Shown in pieces: positions 31,203 to 41,791 of a stretch of 49,474 bases of DNA (within the stretch, counting starts at the first letter, position 1; the number at the start of each line of letters is the position of its first letter). Source of the DNA: Oculatellaceae cyanobacterium bins.114 (GTDB lineage Bacteria; Cyanobacteriota; Cyanobacteriia; Elainellales; Elainellaceae); NCBI GenBank assembly GCA_033764315.1, contig JANRJA010000038.1, forward strand, positions 1 through 49,474, read 5' to 3'. A program made the position numbers and the translations under genes. The notes under the pieces were generated by a model. That model searched no databases and was not told the origin of the DNA. It saw only the letters and a list, made by a program, of their open reading frames with translations.

Positions 31203-31679
31203 AATTTAGGGTCTTCTATTGATTTAGCGGTTATCCTTCCATTCATCTTTGCTGGAACTATTGCCACGCTTCTTAGTCTCTTAAAGAAAGCAACGGTTTA
31301 TTTCACTCATTCTTCACATCAGGGCGTTGTAGATTGTGTTGCTGATGAGTTGCATCTCAACCTTTAGCTCCGTTGCAAGCACATTCATTTAATGGCTTTG
31401 TGAGCTTCAAAATTGCTCATTCAATGAACCACTAGTTTAGAACGTAATGACTTTACGTCGTGTACAATACGCAGTCGTGAAAATGTCAGTGACCCTTGTC
31501 AATGGGCTGAAACTCGCTTAGTGTCATGATAGATGAAGATTGAACGAAAGGTATGCGTCATTGTCATCTGCTCAAAATTGCTGCAATTTGCTCAAGCAAA
31601 ATCAAACATTTAAATTTCTTCACACTTTAGGGGGAAGCTAAAGAACGTGAGCACAACTTACATTCAATATTGAAACACA

Positions 31680-32375
31680 ATGCGTTTAATACCTTTGAAA
31701 GAACTGCCTCCTCAGGAATTATTCCTCAACGCAATGCAGCAACGGAAAGGCAAACGAGATTTCAACTCCGTTCAAAACAGATCTCACCGACAGATTCCTT
31801 GGAAGCCTGTCCATGATACAAAGCCTGATTTTTGTTCTGATGCATGGTCAACAGCATTGAGTCCCGATGGTGGCGTGATGGCAAGTTGTCACGGCGATCG
31901 CACCCTTAAGTTTTGGAATGTCAAAACGGGAGAGCGGATTAAAACCCTCATTCATCAACAACCGATTTGGGCATGTAGTTTCAGCCCATCTGGTTGGGGG
32001 ATCGCCACAGCGGGCATAGACGGCATGATTTGGTTGTGGGAATTAGAAACCAGTCGCTGTTTTGGGAAGTTGCAAGGGCACACGGGTTGGATTCATACCC
32101 TCGATTTCAGCTCCATAGATGATGTTATAGCGAGTGGCAGCACTGATACGACTGTGCGCTTGTGGAATATTGCGACGGGTAAGTGCCTTGCTGTATTTGA
32201 GGGGCACGATCGCCCAGTTCACACCGTTGAATTTGACCCAACTGGTCACTTGCTTGCCAGTATCAGCGACGATCAGGTAATCAAGGTTTGGAATATTCAA
32301 ACAGGTGAATGTCTTAGTACCCTGATTGGACATTACAACAATTTTGCTGATGATATGTGGGCATTAATTAATTAA
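31680..32375 (+). CDS. WD40 repeat protein (short, about four repeats)
   Basis: GH..WI..L.FS, ASGSTDTTVRLWN and DDQVIKVWN repeats. Confidence 0.85.
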   Translation: MRLIPLKELPPQELFLNAMQQRKGKRDFNSVQNRSHRQIPWKPVHDTKPDFCSDAWSTALSPDGGVMASCHGDRTLKFWNVKTGERIKTLIHQQPIWACSFSPSGWGIATAGIDGMIWLWELETSRCFGKLQGHTGWIHTLDFSSIDDVIASGSTDTTVRLWNIATGKCLAVFEGHDRPVHTVEFDPTGHLLASISDDQVIKVWNIQTGECLSTLIGHYNNFADDMWALIN

Positions 32376-32518
32376 CCTGAGTTCGGGAAAAGGATTTTGG
32401 CGGTTGAAACCGCTAATTTCGGCGATGCTCAGACGTTCGGCGAAGCTCAATCGAGCAGCGGACTTCGCTCTGGTAGCCGCGAATTTATTCGCTGGGCCGC
32501 TTAAACCGAACTGACGTT
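32374..32518. mobile_element. Second copy of the MITE family
   Basis: AACCTGAGTTCGGGAAAAGGATTTTGGCGGTTGAAACCGC ... GCGAATTTATTCGCT...CTTAAACCGAACTGACGTT, with near-identical ends to 30945-31202. Confidence 0.7.
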
Positions 32519-32625
32519 AGTTAGGGGATGTAAGGTCGCAACCCTGGTGGCCTGGGTATTCAGAGGTCTTAAAAGTCTCGATTTAAGTGGCATTGGCAAT
32601 CCCAGAGTCATTATTACTGACCAAA

Positions 32626-32655
32626 GAAAAAGCCCAAACTGAATCAGTCTGGGCT
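32626..32655 (-). terminator. Intrinsic terminator for the DUF2949 gene
   Basis: AGCCCAAACTGAATCAGTCTGGGCT hairpin preceded by an A run (T tail on the minus strand). Confidence 0.65.
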
Positions 32656-32686
32656 AAGTCTTATTGATTCACAATCAGGAGGGAGA

Positions 32687-32878
32687 CTACGCTGTTTCAA
32701 GCCAGTCAAAAATTTTGTCTAATTGCTCCAGGGTGACTAGCCCATATTGCCAGAGCACCATCGGCAGTAGGCTGGGGGTTTGTTCTTCGTGGCGCAAAGC
32801 AACAGCGATTGAGTCTGACGGAATCGCCAAATCTTCCTGAAGAAATCGAATTAGCCGTGCTTTTAACGACGATCTCAT
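32687..32878 (-). CDS. DUF2949 domain protein
   Basis: FLQEDLAIP...LPMVLWQYGLVTLEQLDKIFDWLE. Confidence 0.85.
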   Translation of the reverse strand: MRSSLKARLIRFLQEDLAIPSDSIAVALRHEEQTPSLLPMVLWQYGLVTLEQLDKIFDWLETA

Positions 32879-33083
32879 AGCCCCTGCCTTTGAATAAAGG
32901 CTTGTTTAGAATGAACCTAGATTAACGAGTAGAACGGGGATCAAACCTCCCTCCATCGGCTCATCCATGAGGGTGAGATTTTAAGCCCAAATTTCTTCGC
33001 ATCTCTACCAATCGGTAGAGTCTATTTTTGCTCAATTTCATTAATCATGAACGGAGTCTAATATAGGAAACTGAGTAAAGCCA

Positions 33084-35852
33084 ATGACAGCACTGCCAAG
33101 CGATCGCTATTTCTGTCCTTGTTGTGGCAATTCCTGTGCTCAATGGTTAGATTTCAGTAGCACCTATCGCAACGTCACCTGCCCTCATTGCGCTTCACAG
33201 CCTCGACATCGGGCACTAAAGCTATATTTGGCCGAGCGCACTAACTTATATCGCGATTCCTTAAAAGTCTTGCATTTTGCTCCAGAGTCTTTTTTAAGAG
33301 GGGCGATCGCCAACTTACCCAATCTGGATTACATCACTACAGATTTGATGGATCCCTCTGTCGATATCAATTTTGATATCACTCAAATTCCTTATGACGA
33401 CAACAGTTTTGATGTTATTTTTTGCAGCCATGTCTTAGAACATGTGCCCAACGACAGAGCGGCAATGCAAGAGCTGTTTAGAATTCTCAAACCTGGAGGA
33501 TGGGCGTTTTTGCAAGTCCCCATCGATATTTATCGAGAGCAAAGTTTTGACGATCCAACCATTACTGATCCCGAAGAACGTCGCCGATTGTATTGGCAAG
33601 AAGATCACGTCCGCTTGTATGGGTTGGATTACAAAGCTCGGTTAGAGCAAGCAGGTTTCACGGTCAAAGTTGAGGACTATGCCAAACAACTTGACCCGGC
33701 TTTAGTTGAGAAATATGGGTTAGATCTATCTGAAAATTTATATTTTGGTGTGAAGCCAGAGGAAAATCACAGCGATTCTCCCTTTGGAATAGCAGTTTTT
33801 CTAGATTCAACTGAAGCGATCACTGAAATAGAAACTGACGAAGAAGAGACTGAAATTCAACAGAATGACCCCCATCGTGAGACGAGCAAAATTCCTCAAA
33901 TCAGCGTTGTGATTCCCTGTTTTAACTATGGACGGTTCATTCAACAAGCGGTTGAAAGTGTCTTTAGCCAGACCTTCACTGATTATGAGTTGATTGTCGT
34001 TGATGATGGCTCCACAGACGACACACGAGCCGTTTTAGAACCCTATGGCGATCGCCTACAATATTTCTACCAAACCAATCAAGGACCAGCCGCAACTCGC
34101 AATCAAGGCTTACGGTTAGCCCGTGGGGAATTCATCATTTTTCTTGATGCAGATGATTATTTTCTGCCCAATCTGTTAACCAACCAGATTGCTTGTTTTA
34201 ATGAGAATCCTGTCTTAGGAGCCGTAGTTAGTGGTTGGCGACTCGTCAACGAAACGGGTGACTACTTATCAAATCTAGAGCTTTGGAAAACTCTACCTCA
34301 TCTGACAGCAGAAGCCTGGGTCGTTTGGCGGCCTGTGCTACCCAGTGCTACTTTATTTCGGCGGGAATGGTTAGAAAAAATCGGTGGTTTTAGAGGGGAA
34401 TTTCCTCCGGCTGAAGATGTAGAGTGCTTCTTGAAACTCGCTTTGATGGGGTGTGAAATCGATTGGTGTCGCCAAATTGGGGTGTGTTATCGACAACATG
34501 GAAATGCGATGACGCGCAATACAACGCGACAGGCAAAACAGTTTGAATCTCTCTACGATCAATTTTTTGCTCAAGCTGATTTACCTTCATCTTTTCAACA
34601 GTTAGAAAGCAAAACACGCTATCACTTATTGGTATGGCTGGCATGGCGGTTTTACCACACTCATTGTTTTAATGAGATGGCTTTTTACTTACAAAAATCA
34701 TTGGCTTACACTCCTTTTTCACCCATTGAAACCGTCTCAAATTGGGTCGAAAGTTTCATTGAGTGTTGTGCTGGACATGGCTATTCACTCAATACCTATG
34801 CCCTCAGCAATCAAGCTGAATGGCAACAGTTGATCCAGTCAGTGCTTTCCACTCAAAAACCGCAGGTGAGTGTGATTATCCCCACTTACAACACAGCAAA
34901 TTATCTGCAACAAGCGATCGAGAGTGTCTTAAATCAAGCTTTTGATTCCTATGAGGTGATCGTGATTGATGACGGTTCAACGGATGATACCTATTGTGTT
35001 GTAGAACCCTATCTCGATCACATTCGATATTATCGCCAACACAATCGGGGTGTTTCAGCCGCACGCAACCGAGGAATTCAGTTGGCTCAGGGTGAGTTGA
35101 TTGCCTTTTTGGATGCCGATGATTATTTTCTGCCTAATAAATTGACTAAACAGGTGGACGTGTTTACGGCTCACCCAACTGTTGGCATTGTCAACAGTGG
35201 TTTTCGAGCGATTAATGTCAATGGGGAGGCGATCGCTGATGTAGAGTGGTGGGGTTCTATGCCGCATCTCACTCCTCAAGATTGGCTGTTGTATAAGCCC
35301 GTGTTACCCAGTGCTTTGATGTTTCGTCGAGACTGGCTAGAGCAGGTTGGGGGGTTTGATCCCCACTTGTCAGCAGCGGAAGATTTGGATCTGGTTTTGC
35401 GATTGATTGTTGCTGGATGTCAGTCTGCCTGGTTAACTCAAATTACGGCTTGTTATCGGCTACATGATCACAGTGCCTGTAGTCAAAACACGCCCAAACT
35501 AGCACGATCAGCGGAAACCGTGTTGCAAAAATTCTTTGCTCAACCCGACTTACCACCCTCCCTGCGATCGCTTAAAGCATCATCGTGTTATCAAACCTTG
35601 GTATGGTCAGCGTGGCGGCTCTATTGCACCGACTACACCGATGAAATGGGTGAATATCTGAAGAAGTCGCTACACTACACCCCCTATTCACCAGTCACAA
35701 CCATTGAAAGCTGGATTGAAAGTTTTACGTCATACTCCAAAAGCTTTGGAAATGACTTCAATACCTATCACTTGGGTCGTCTACCCGCGTGGCAAGAGGC
35801 GATCGCGACTGCCATTCAAACGGATGAATGCACTTTAAGAGAGTTGTGCTAA
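33084..35852 (+). CDS. Fusion of a SAM methyltransferase and two family-2 glycosyltransferase modules
   Basis: CPCC..CPHC, LHFAPE, SHVLEHV; then twice SVV/IIP..N..VV/IDDGSTD..RN.G..FLDADD. Confidence 0.85.
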   Translation: MTALPSDRYFCPCCGNSCAQWLDFSSTYRNVTCPHCASQPRHRALKLYLAERTNLYRDSLKVLHFAPESFLRGAIANLPNLDYITTDLMDPSVDINFDITQIPYDDNSFDVIFCSHVLEHVPNDRAAMQELFRILKPGGWAFLQVPIDIYREQSFDDPTITDPEERRRLYWQEDHVRLYGLDYKARLEQAGFTVKVEDYAKQLDPALVEKYGLDLSENLYFGVKPEENHSDSPFGIAVFLDSTEAITEIETDEEETEIQQNDPHRETSKIPQISVVIPCFNYGRFIQQAVESVFSQTFTDYELIVVDDGSTDDTRAVLEPYGDRLQYFYQTNQGPAATRNQGLRLARGEFIIFLDADDYFLPNLLTNQIACFNENPVLGAVVSGWRLVNETGDYLSNLELWKTLPHLTAEAWVVWRPVLPSATLFRREWLEKIGGFRGEFPPAEDVECFLKLALMGCEIDWCRQIGVCYRQHGNAMTRNTTRQAKQFESLYDQFFAQADLPSSFQQLESKTRYHLLVWLAWRFYHTHCFNEMAFYLQKSLAYTPFSPIETVSNWVESFIECCAGHGYSLNTYALSNQAEWQQLIQSVLSTQKPQVSVIIPTYNTANYLQQAIESVLNQAFDSYEVIVIDDGSTDDTYCVVEPYLDHIRYYRQHNRGVSAARNRGIQLAQGELIAFLDADDYFLPNKLTKQVDVFTAHPTVGIVNSGFRAINVNGEAIADVEWWGSMPHLTPQDWLLYKPVLPSALMFRRDWLEQVGGFDPHLSAAEDLDLVLRLIVAGCQSAWLTQITACYRLHDHSACSQNTPKLARSAETVLQKFFAQPDLPPSLRSLKASSCYQTLVWSAWRLYCTDYTDEMGEYLKKSLHYTPYSPVTTIESWIESFTSYSKSFGNDFNTYHLGRLPAWQEAIATAIQTDECTLRELC

Positions 35853-35920
35853 TATCAGCTTTAACTAAAGCACGGTATCTTGATAGAATTACCGGATATT
35901 CTCCTCCGCTCCTAAAGCTT

Positions 35921-36505
35921 ATGAGCCTCCCCCTCTCAGTTCTCCCCTTTAACGAATCTCGCGTTTACAAGTTTGACTATCGGTCGCTCATTCCCACTCC
36001 ACCTGGTAGCCTTTGGCGAATTGAATCAGGACTGGTGCGATCGCTCACTTGGCTAGAAGATGGCACGATTGTGGCGTTGGGCTTGTGGGGCAAGGGGGAT
36101 GTAGTGGGCGACTATTTAACGAAGGTTGAGCCATATCAAGTGGAGTGTTTGACCAAGGTTGAAGCCGTCTCACTATCGCTTGAAAGTTTGCACACGATGG
36201 GAGATTTGCTGCTTCAGCACATTCAACTGTCAGAAGAGTTGATGGTGATTCGCAGCTATAAACGGGCTGACGTGATGTTATTAAAGCTGTTGGCTTGGTT
36301 GGCAAAGCGATTTGGCAGCGAGGTTGAACGGGGACAATTGATAGACCTGCGTTTGACCCATCAAGATTTGTCAGAGCTATTGGGGATCACTCGTGTGACG
36401 ATCACTCGGCTTTTGAGTCAATTAGAGCAGCAGGGCTTTATTCAACGCTTATCTCTTCAACGCATCATTCTCAAACAAGAAGAATTCTGGCATTACGAAA
36501 TCTAG
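35921..36505 (+). CDS. Crp/Fnr family transcriptional regulator (CysR-like)
   Basis: LWRIESGLVRSLTW...GLWGKGD and the C-terminal HTH LTHQDLSELLGITRVTITRLL. Start probably ATG 35921 (the ORF opens at 35828). Confidence 0.88.
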   Translation: MSLPLSVLPFNESRVYKFDYRSLIPTPPGSLWRIESGLVRSLTWLEDGTIVALGLWGKGDVVGDYLTKVEPYQVECLTKVEAVSLSLESLHTMGDLLLQHIQLSEELMVIRSYKRADVMLLKLLAWLAKRFGSEVERGQLIDLRLTHQDLSELLGITRVTITRLLSQLEQQGFIQRLSLQRIILKQEEFWHYEI

Positions 36506-37070
36506 TTTTGATTTTGTGTTCTAAGGGCAACTTGACCCCTTAAGTAAGGACATACGCTAGCCCTCATTTTCATAAGAGCCAGTGCGAAGACCCGGCAGAA
36601 TCTCTTCGCTGTCTTCAAAGTATTGAGAGACAACACCAACTGCGTATTCATGCCACAAGGTAGCATCGGTGGGAACGTGAAGCACGTTGATGGAACCAAG
36701 ATTTTCGGTTTCCTGAGGTTTAGCTCTTTCAGCAAAACACACTTTAGGAAATAACCTTTTGTTTCCCTGACTGAACCAACCCGCATCGTGGTTGTAGGCG
36801 AATTGGAAGAAGAAGCTTACGCAAATAGCTTGATGTTGCTCAGGATCATCAACACATTGCCTTTCAAAACCTGATTTAATCCATGTGTCATGAGAACCAT
36901 GAATGCCATCCCTGCCTTGTCCAAGAACTGTTCAGTATTTTCATCGGTGCAGATGATATCCATTTAGCATCCTCTCTCTGAAGCACTTGACAGGCACACA
37001 CGTAACCGCTCGATCTCTGAGATACTTAAACCCCCAGAATCTCCAAGATTCCGGGGGGTTGATGATTGCT

Positions 37071-38657
37071 TTAAGCTGGGAGCGTCACCGTGTAGGCATC
37101 TCGAATTCCAGGCATTTTAGTGATCTCTGCGAGAATACCCTCTGGCAGGGGATCATCCAAACTCAATGCCATTACTGCATCGCCTCGAACAATTTTGCGT
37201 CCAACTTGCATGCTGGCAATGTTGACGTTGTAGCTACCCAGCATAGACCCGATTTTGCCGATGATCCCCGGCATGTCACGGTGCAAAGTAAACAGCATAA
37301 AGCGGCTAGGAGGAACGTTGATGGGGAAATCATTGATGTTCGTCACCCGAATTTCGCCATCGCCTAATAAGGCTCCTGTAACCGAGTGATCACCCAAAGG
37401 GCCTTTCGCCGACAATCGCAACGATCCGGTGTAATCGCGGACGGTCGCATCACGGGTTTCAATCACTCGAATGCCCCGTTCTTTAGCCTCAATGCTGGCG
37501 TTGACGTAGTTGACACGCTCTTGCAAAGCGTGGGAGAGCAACCCTTTGAGGGCTGCAACCACAACGGGTTGGCTTTCGTTGGTGGCTAACTCTCCTTGCA
37601 AGCGAATGTTGAGCGATTCTACCCGTCCACCCGCTAACTGACTAATCAAGTTGCCCAACGTTTCTGCCAGTTGCAAATAGGGACGCAATTTTTCTAGCAG
37701 GTCAGGACGTAGCCCAGGAATATTAACTGCTGAACGAGCGGGTAGACCCAGTAGCACATCTCGAATTTGCTCTGCCACATCGATCGCCACGTTGACTTGA
37801 GCTTCTTCGGTAGAGGCACCTAAGTGAGGAGTCAGAATGATTTCCTTGCCTAGCGATCGCAAGGTCGATTCACCCAATGGCTCGACTTCATAAACATCTA
37901 GAGCCGCACCCGCAATTTTGCCTGATTGCAACGCCTCAGCCAGAGCCGCTTCATCAATAATGCCACCCCTGGCGCAGTTAACAATGCGGGCAGTGGGCTT
38001 CATTTTGCTCAAGGCCTCGGCATTGATTAGATGCAACGTTTCAGAGGTTTTAGGCAGATGCAGGGTGATGTAGTCTGATTCACGAAATAGAAAATCAAGC
38101 TCAACCAGTTGACACCCTAGTTGCTCGGCACGCTCATTTGATAGGAAGGGATCATATGCCAGAAGCCGCATTCCCATTGCTCGGGCGATGGTTGCGACGT
38201 GAGCACCAATTTTGCCCAGTCCCACGATCCCCAATGTTTTTTTATAAACTTCGACCCCAGTGAAACTCTTACGATCCCACTGGTTGTTTTTCACCGATTG
38301 GTTGGCATCAGGAATATGGCGGGACAGCGATAGCATCATAGCTACAGCATGTTCGGCGGCTGCAACTGTGTTTCCTTCGGGTGAGTTGACAACCAGAATG
38401 CCGCGACGGGTTGCCGCTGGAACATCCACGTTATCAACCCCAACTCCAGCTCGACCGATAATTTTTAATTGTGTTCCGGCATCAATCACCTCTTTGGTGA
38501 CGCGAGTTCCAGAACGAATCATTAATGCGTCGTATTCTGGAATGATTTGCACCAATTGCTCAAGCGTTAGATTGGTTTTTACATCAACCTGAGCAACTTG
38601 GGAGAGAATATCGATGCCAACTTGATCAATTGGATCTGAAACGAGAACCTTGGACAT
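37071..38657 (-). CDS. serA: D-3-phosphoglycerate dehydrogenase
   Basis: GRAGVGVDNVD, GLGKIG, NCARGG, TPHLGAST and a C-terminal ACT domain. Confidence 0.97.
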   Translation of the reverse strand: MSKVLVSDPIDQVGIDILSQVAQVDVKTNLTLEQLVQIIPEYDALMIRSGTRVTKEVIDAGTQLKIIGRAGVGVDNVDVPAATRRGILVVNSPEGNTVAAAEHAVAMMLSLSRHIPDANQSVKNNQWDRKSFTGVEVYKKTLGIVGLGKIGAHVATIARAMGMRLLAYDPFLSNERAEQLGCQLVELDFLFRESDYITLHLPKTSETLHLINAEALSKMKPTARIVNCARGGIIDEAALAEALQSGKIAGAALDVYEVEPLGESTLRSLGKEIILTPHLGASTEEAQVNVAIDVAEQIRDVLLGLPARSAVNIPGLRPDLLEKLRPYLQLAETLGNLISQLAGGRVESLNIRLQGELATNESQPVVVAALKGLLSHALQERVNYVNASIEAKERGIRVIETRDATVRDYTGSLRLSAKGPLGDHSVTGALLGDGEIRVTNINDFPINVPPSRFMLFTLHRDMPGIIGKIGSMLGSYNVNIASMQVGRKIVRGDAVMALSLDDPLPEGILAEITKMPGIRDAYTVTLPA

Positions 38658-38985
38658 GGTAGGTCGGTTGAGTCAACTAAAGGGAATTGCAGCTAATAAA
38701 GATTGCAGCGATCGCTAAGGCAGCGCAAAACCTGAATGTTTGTCCAAACCCAAAATGAGGACTAATGGGTTGAAATTGCCACAGTAGGTCATTTTACTTT
38801 ATAGATGTGACCCACCCACGAGAATGATGGAAAGTTTTTGGGTTTATTTCCTGAATTGGATGGCGATCGCTGTCAATAGGTAAGCATACGGGTAGTTCTC
38901 AACAAGTCAAGCATATGGTGTGTCTGCAATATCAAAACACAACCTTGTGAAGCACTACCAGCATGTGGTTTAAGAGGTTTGACCT

Positions 38986-40173
38986 ATGGGCGATCTATCT
39001 CTTTTAGCGGTCAGTCTGCTGCATCATAGCTCAGTCACCAAACAGCAAATTCCAGTCAATCTAGCGATCGCCACTGTTACATCGGCCTCAGCGGTGGATC
39101 AATTAGGGCAAGATGCCATCGGGCAAACCGTTGTCTCAATTTCTGGGACTGATGTTTCGACTTATGCCCCCGAATTTAGTTCAACAGAGACTGATCTCAG
39201 CGATCCATCAATGCCAGGTCAGTTAACGTCAGAGCAGTCTGTCGTCAATCAACCGATTGACTATCCTGAGGAGCAGACGATGGCTCAAAGCGTCTCCCCG
39301 CTTCAGCCGCGATCGCTGCAACGCTCACCTCAATCGTTGTCTCGCCCCTCTGCAACAAGTACACCCCTTGTTCCTCAAACTTCCACCATTCAACCGATTC
39401 CCACCTGGATAGAACCGTCAAACTTACCCAATCCAGAGTTCAGTGATCCCAATCCTGCGGCGACTCTCAGCACCCCTCGACCTAGCTCAGGAAGCCAACT
39501 CTATCGACAGCGGACGATCGCTTTGAGATCTGGACGAACCTATACTCGCTTACCTGCTAATAGTTATTGGGAGAGTTGGGTACAGGCAACGCAGCAACCT
39601 ACCTATGAACAGTGGGTTAGCCTTTTGTCTCAAGAAGCTGGGGCAATGGCCCGAGGACAAGGCTCCAATCGGTTAACTGTGTTGCTGGGAGATTCATTGT
39701 ATTTGTGGTATCCACCAGAGCGACTGGCCAGCGATCGCTTTTGGCTGAACCAGGGCATCTCAGGCGACACCACCACTGGGGTGCTGAGACGCTTATCCGC
39801 TTTTGCTCAAACTCGACCTGATACGATTCACGTTATGGTTGGGATCAACGATCTGCGACGAGGTGCGACAGATGCAGAGGTGATTAACAACTCTCGGCAA
39901 ATTATGCGACAACTGCGGCGCAACCACCCCCGCGCTCAAATTATCATTCACTCAATTTTGCCCACTCGTCTAGCCGCGATCCCCAGCGGCCGCATTCACC
40001 ACATCAACAACACAATTGCGGCGATCGCCAAACAAGAACAGGTGGAGTATCTCGATTTGCTTAATTACTTTGCTGATGCTCAAGGCAATTTGCGCCGAGA
40101 TTTAACCACTGATGGGTTGCATCTTAACCCACGTGGATATGCTACTTGGCAATGGGCGATGGCACATGGGTGA
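38986..40173 (+). CDS. SGNH/GDSL hydrolase with low-complexity N-terminus
   Basis: LGDS, NQGISGDTT, GINDL and DGLHLN blocks. Confidence 0.9.
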   Translation: MGDLSLLAVSLLHHSSVTKQQIPVNLAIATVTSASAVDQLGQDAIGQTVVSISGTDVSTYAPEFSSTETDLSDPSMPGQLTSEQSVVNQPIDYPEEQTMAQSVSPLQPRSLQRSPQSLSRPSATSTPLVPQTSTIQPIPTWIEPSNLPNPEFSDPNPAATLSTPRPSSGSQLYRQRTIALRSGRTYTRLPANSYWESWVQATQQPTYEQWVSLLSQEAGAMARGQGSNRLTVLLGDSLYLWYPPERLASDRFWLNQGISGDTTTGVLRRLSAFAQTRPDTIHVMVGINDLRRGATDAEVINNSRQIMRQLRRNHPRAQIIIHSILPTRLAAIPSGRIHHINNTIAAIAKQEQVEYLDLLNYFADAQGNLRRDLTTDGLHLNPRGYATWQWAMAHG

Positions 40174-40276
40174 GGATAGAAAAAAGCAAGCGATCGCCCT
40201 TGGTACTCATCTTGGTTTAATTGGGACTGTCAAGAGCGATCGCTTGTTAGCCTAACAACATCGGTAGTCCTAAACA

Positions 40277-40315
40277 AGTAAAGATATGCCGCGCGGAACG
40301 TGGCATATCTTTACT
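40277..40315. other. Strong hairpin between the GDSL gene and the Lrp gene
   Basis: AGTAAAGATATGCC-gcgcggaacgt-GGCATATCTTTACT. Confidence 0.6.
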
Positions 40316-40418
40316 CAAAAATCATTACTTTTAGAGTAGTACCACAAAATCTATTAAGACAGTTGAAAAAGGCAGTCCAAATTAGGTCTAAAATAGTGTA
40401 TCAGTGAGAAGCTTTAAC

Positions 40419-40913
40419 ATGACTGATTCAACTATTAATGGCGATTCAGTAGAGATTCAAAATTACGAAATCGATCAATTGGATCTAAACATTACTGAAT
40501 ATTTGCAAGCCGATGGACGCATTTCTTATAGCTATATTGCCCGCGAGATGGGAGTCCCTGAAGCGACAGTGCGCTATCGGGTAAAACGTCTACTGGATGA
40601 GGAAATCATCAAGATCAGTGCATTTATTAATACTGGAAAACTGAAATATGAAAATGTGGCTTATCTAGAGCTTGAAGTGGATCCAAGTTTTTTTGATGTC
40701 ACATTACATACTTTAGTGGAGATGGAAAAGATTAGTTATATTGCGTCTGTTACGGGTGAGTTTAATGTCATGATGGAATATGTCTATCATGACAACGATG
40801 ATTTATTAGAATTTTTAAATTTTATGAAAGCCAAGCATGACATTAAACGGCTTCATTCAAGGACGATCTTAAAAATTCACAAGGCACAATATCCAATTCG
40901 GGTGAAATCGTAA
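40419..40913 (+). CDS. Lrp/AsnC family transcriptional regulator
   Basis: IDQLDLNI..LQADGRISYS.IA..MGV.EATVRYRVKRL HTH and VTGEFN in the ligand domain. Confidence 0.93.
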   Translation: MTDSTINGDSVEIQNYEIDQLDLNITEYLQADGRISYSYIAREMGVPEATVRYRVKRLLDEEIIKISAFINTGKLKYENVAYLELEVDPSFFDVTLHTLVEMEKISYIASVTGEFNVMMEYVYHDNDDLLEFLNFMKAKHDIKRLHSRTILKIHKAQYPIRVKS

Positions 40914-40968
40914 AAGCGACGCCTATTGCTTCTAAATTTTCCTCACCCGCCAGGAGCAAGCAACCCTT

Positions 40969-41790
40969 TTATGGCTGCAAAATGGGAATCATGTTTCCTG
41001 GATAGGATTCGTTGTCGTTGGCGATCGCATTCCGTTCTAGTACTGATTCTAAATAGCGTTGCAATTCTAAGAAACTGGGATGGTATCGATCTCGAAATTC
41101 ACTCGCTGCAATTGAGACTTCTTCAATAATTCGTCCTGGGCGATCGCCAACCACAATCAACTTTTGCCCCAACAAGATGGCTTCTTCGACGTTGTGTGTC
41201 ACCAGTGTCATGGTTGTAGAGGTTTCTTGCCAGATTGCTAACAAAAAATCTTGGAGTCGTCGTCTGAGTTGCACATCTAGTGCAGAAAAAGGCTCATCGA
41301 GTAAGAGAACATCGGGTTTCACCGCAATCGAACGGGCGATCGCCACCCGTTGTTTCATTCCCCCTGAAAGCTGATGGGGATACAACTTGCGAGCATGGGA
41401 AAGCCCCACATGGTCGATTAAATCTCGAACTAAATGGCGATAGGTGACAGGTTGATCGCCTCTAACGTGAAAACCGAACCCAATATTCTGTTCCACCGTC
41501 ATCCACGGATACAGATTTTGATCTTGAAAGACCATCCCAATCTCAGGGGTTGTCCGTTTTAAAGTCTGCCCATGAAACAACACCTGCCCCGACGAAGGGG
41601 AAACAAAACCACCCATGAGCTTTAACAGCGTCGATTTACCACAACCCGACTGTCCCAAAATAGTGACAAAGTCGCCTGCCGTCAGATTGAGATTGACATC
41701 TTCGAGCACAACCGTTTCTTGCTGGCGATCGCCCGAAAACCGTTTATAGAGATGTTGACATGATAAGACAGGTGCAGGGGCTTGATGCAT
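40969..41790 (-). CDS. NitT/TauT-type ABC transporter ATP-binding protein
   Basis: GQSGCGKST, YPHQLSGGMKQR and DEPFSALD. Confidence 0.93.
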   Translation of the reverse strand: MHQAPAPVLSCQHLYKRFSGDRQQETVVLEDVNLNLTAGDFVTILGQSGCGKSTLLKLMGGFVSPSSGQVLFHGQTLKRTTPEIGMVFQDQNLYPWMTVEQNIGFGFHVRGDQPVTYRHLVRDLIDHVGLSHARKLYPHQLSGGMKQRVAIARSIAVKPDVLLLDEPFSALDVQLRRRLQDFLLAIWQETSTTMTLVTHNVEEAILLGQKLIVVGDRPGRIIEEVSIAASEFRDRYHPSFLELQRYLESVLERNAIANDNESYPGNMIPILQP

Positions 41791-41791
41791 C

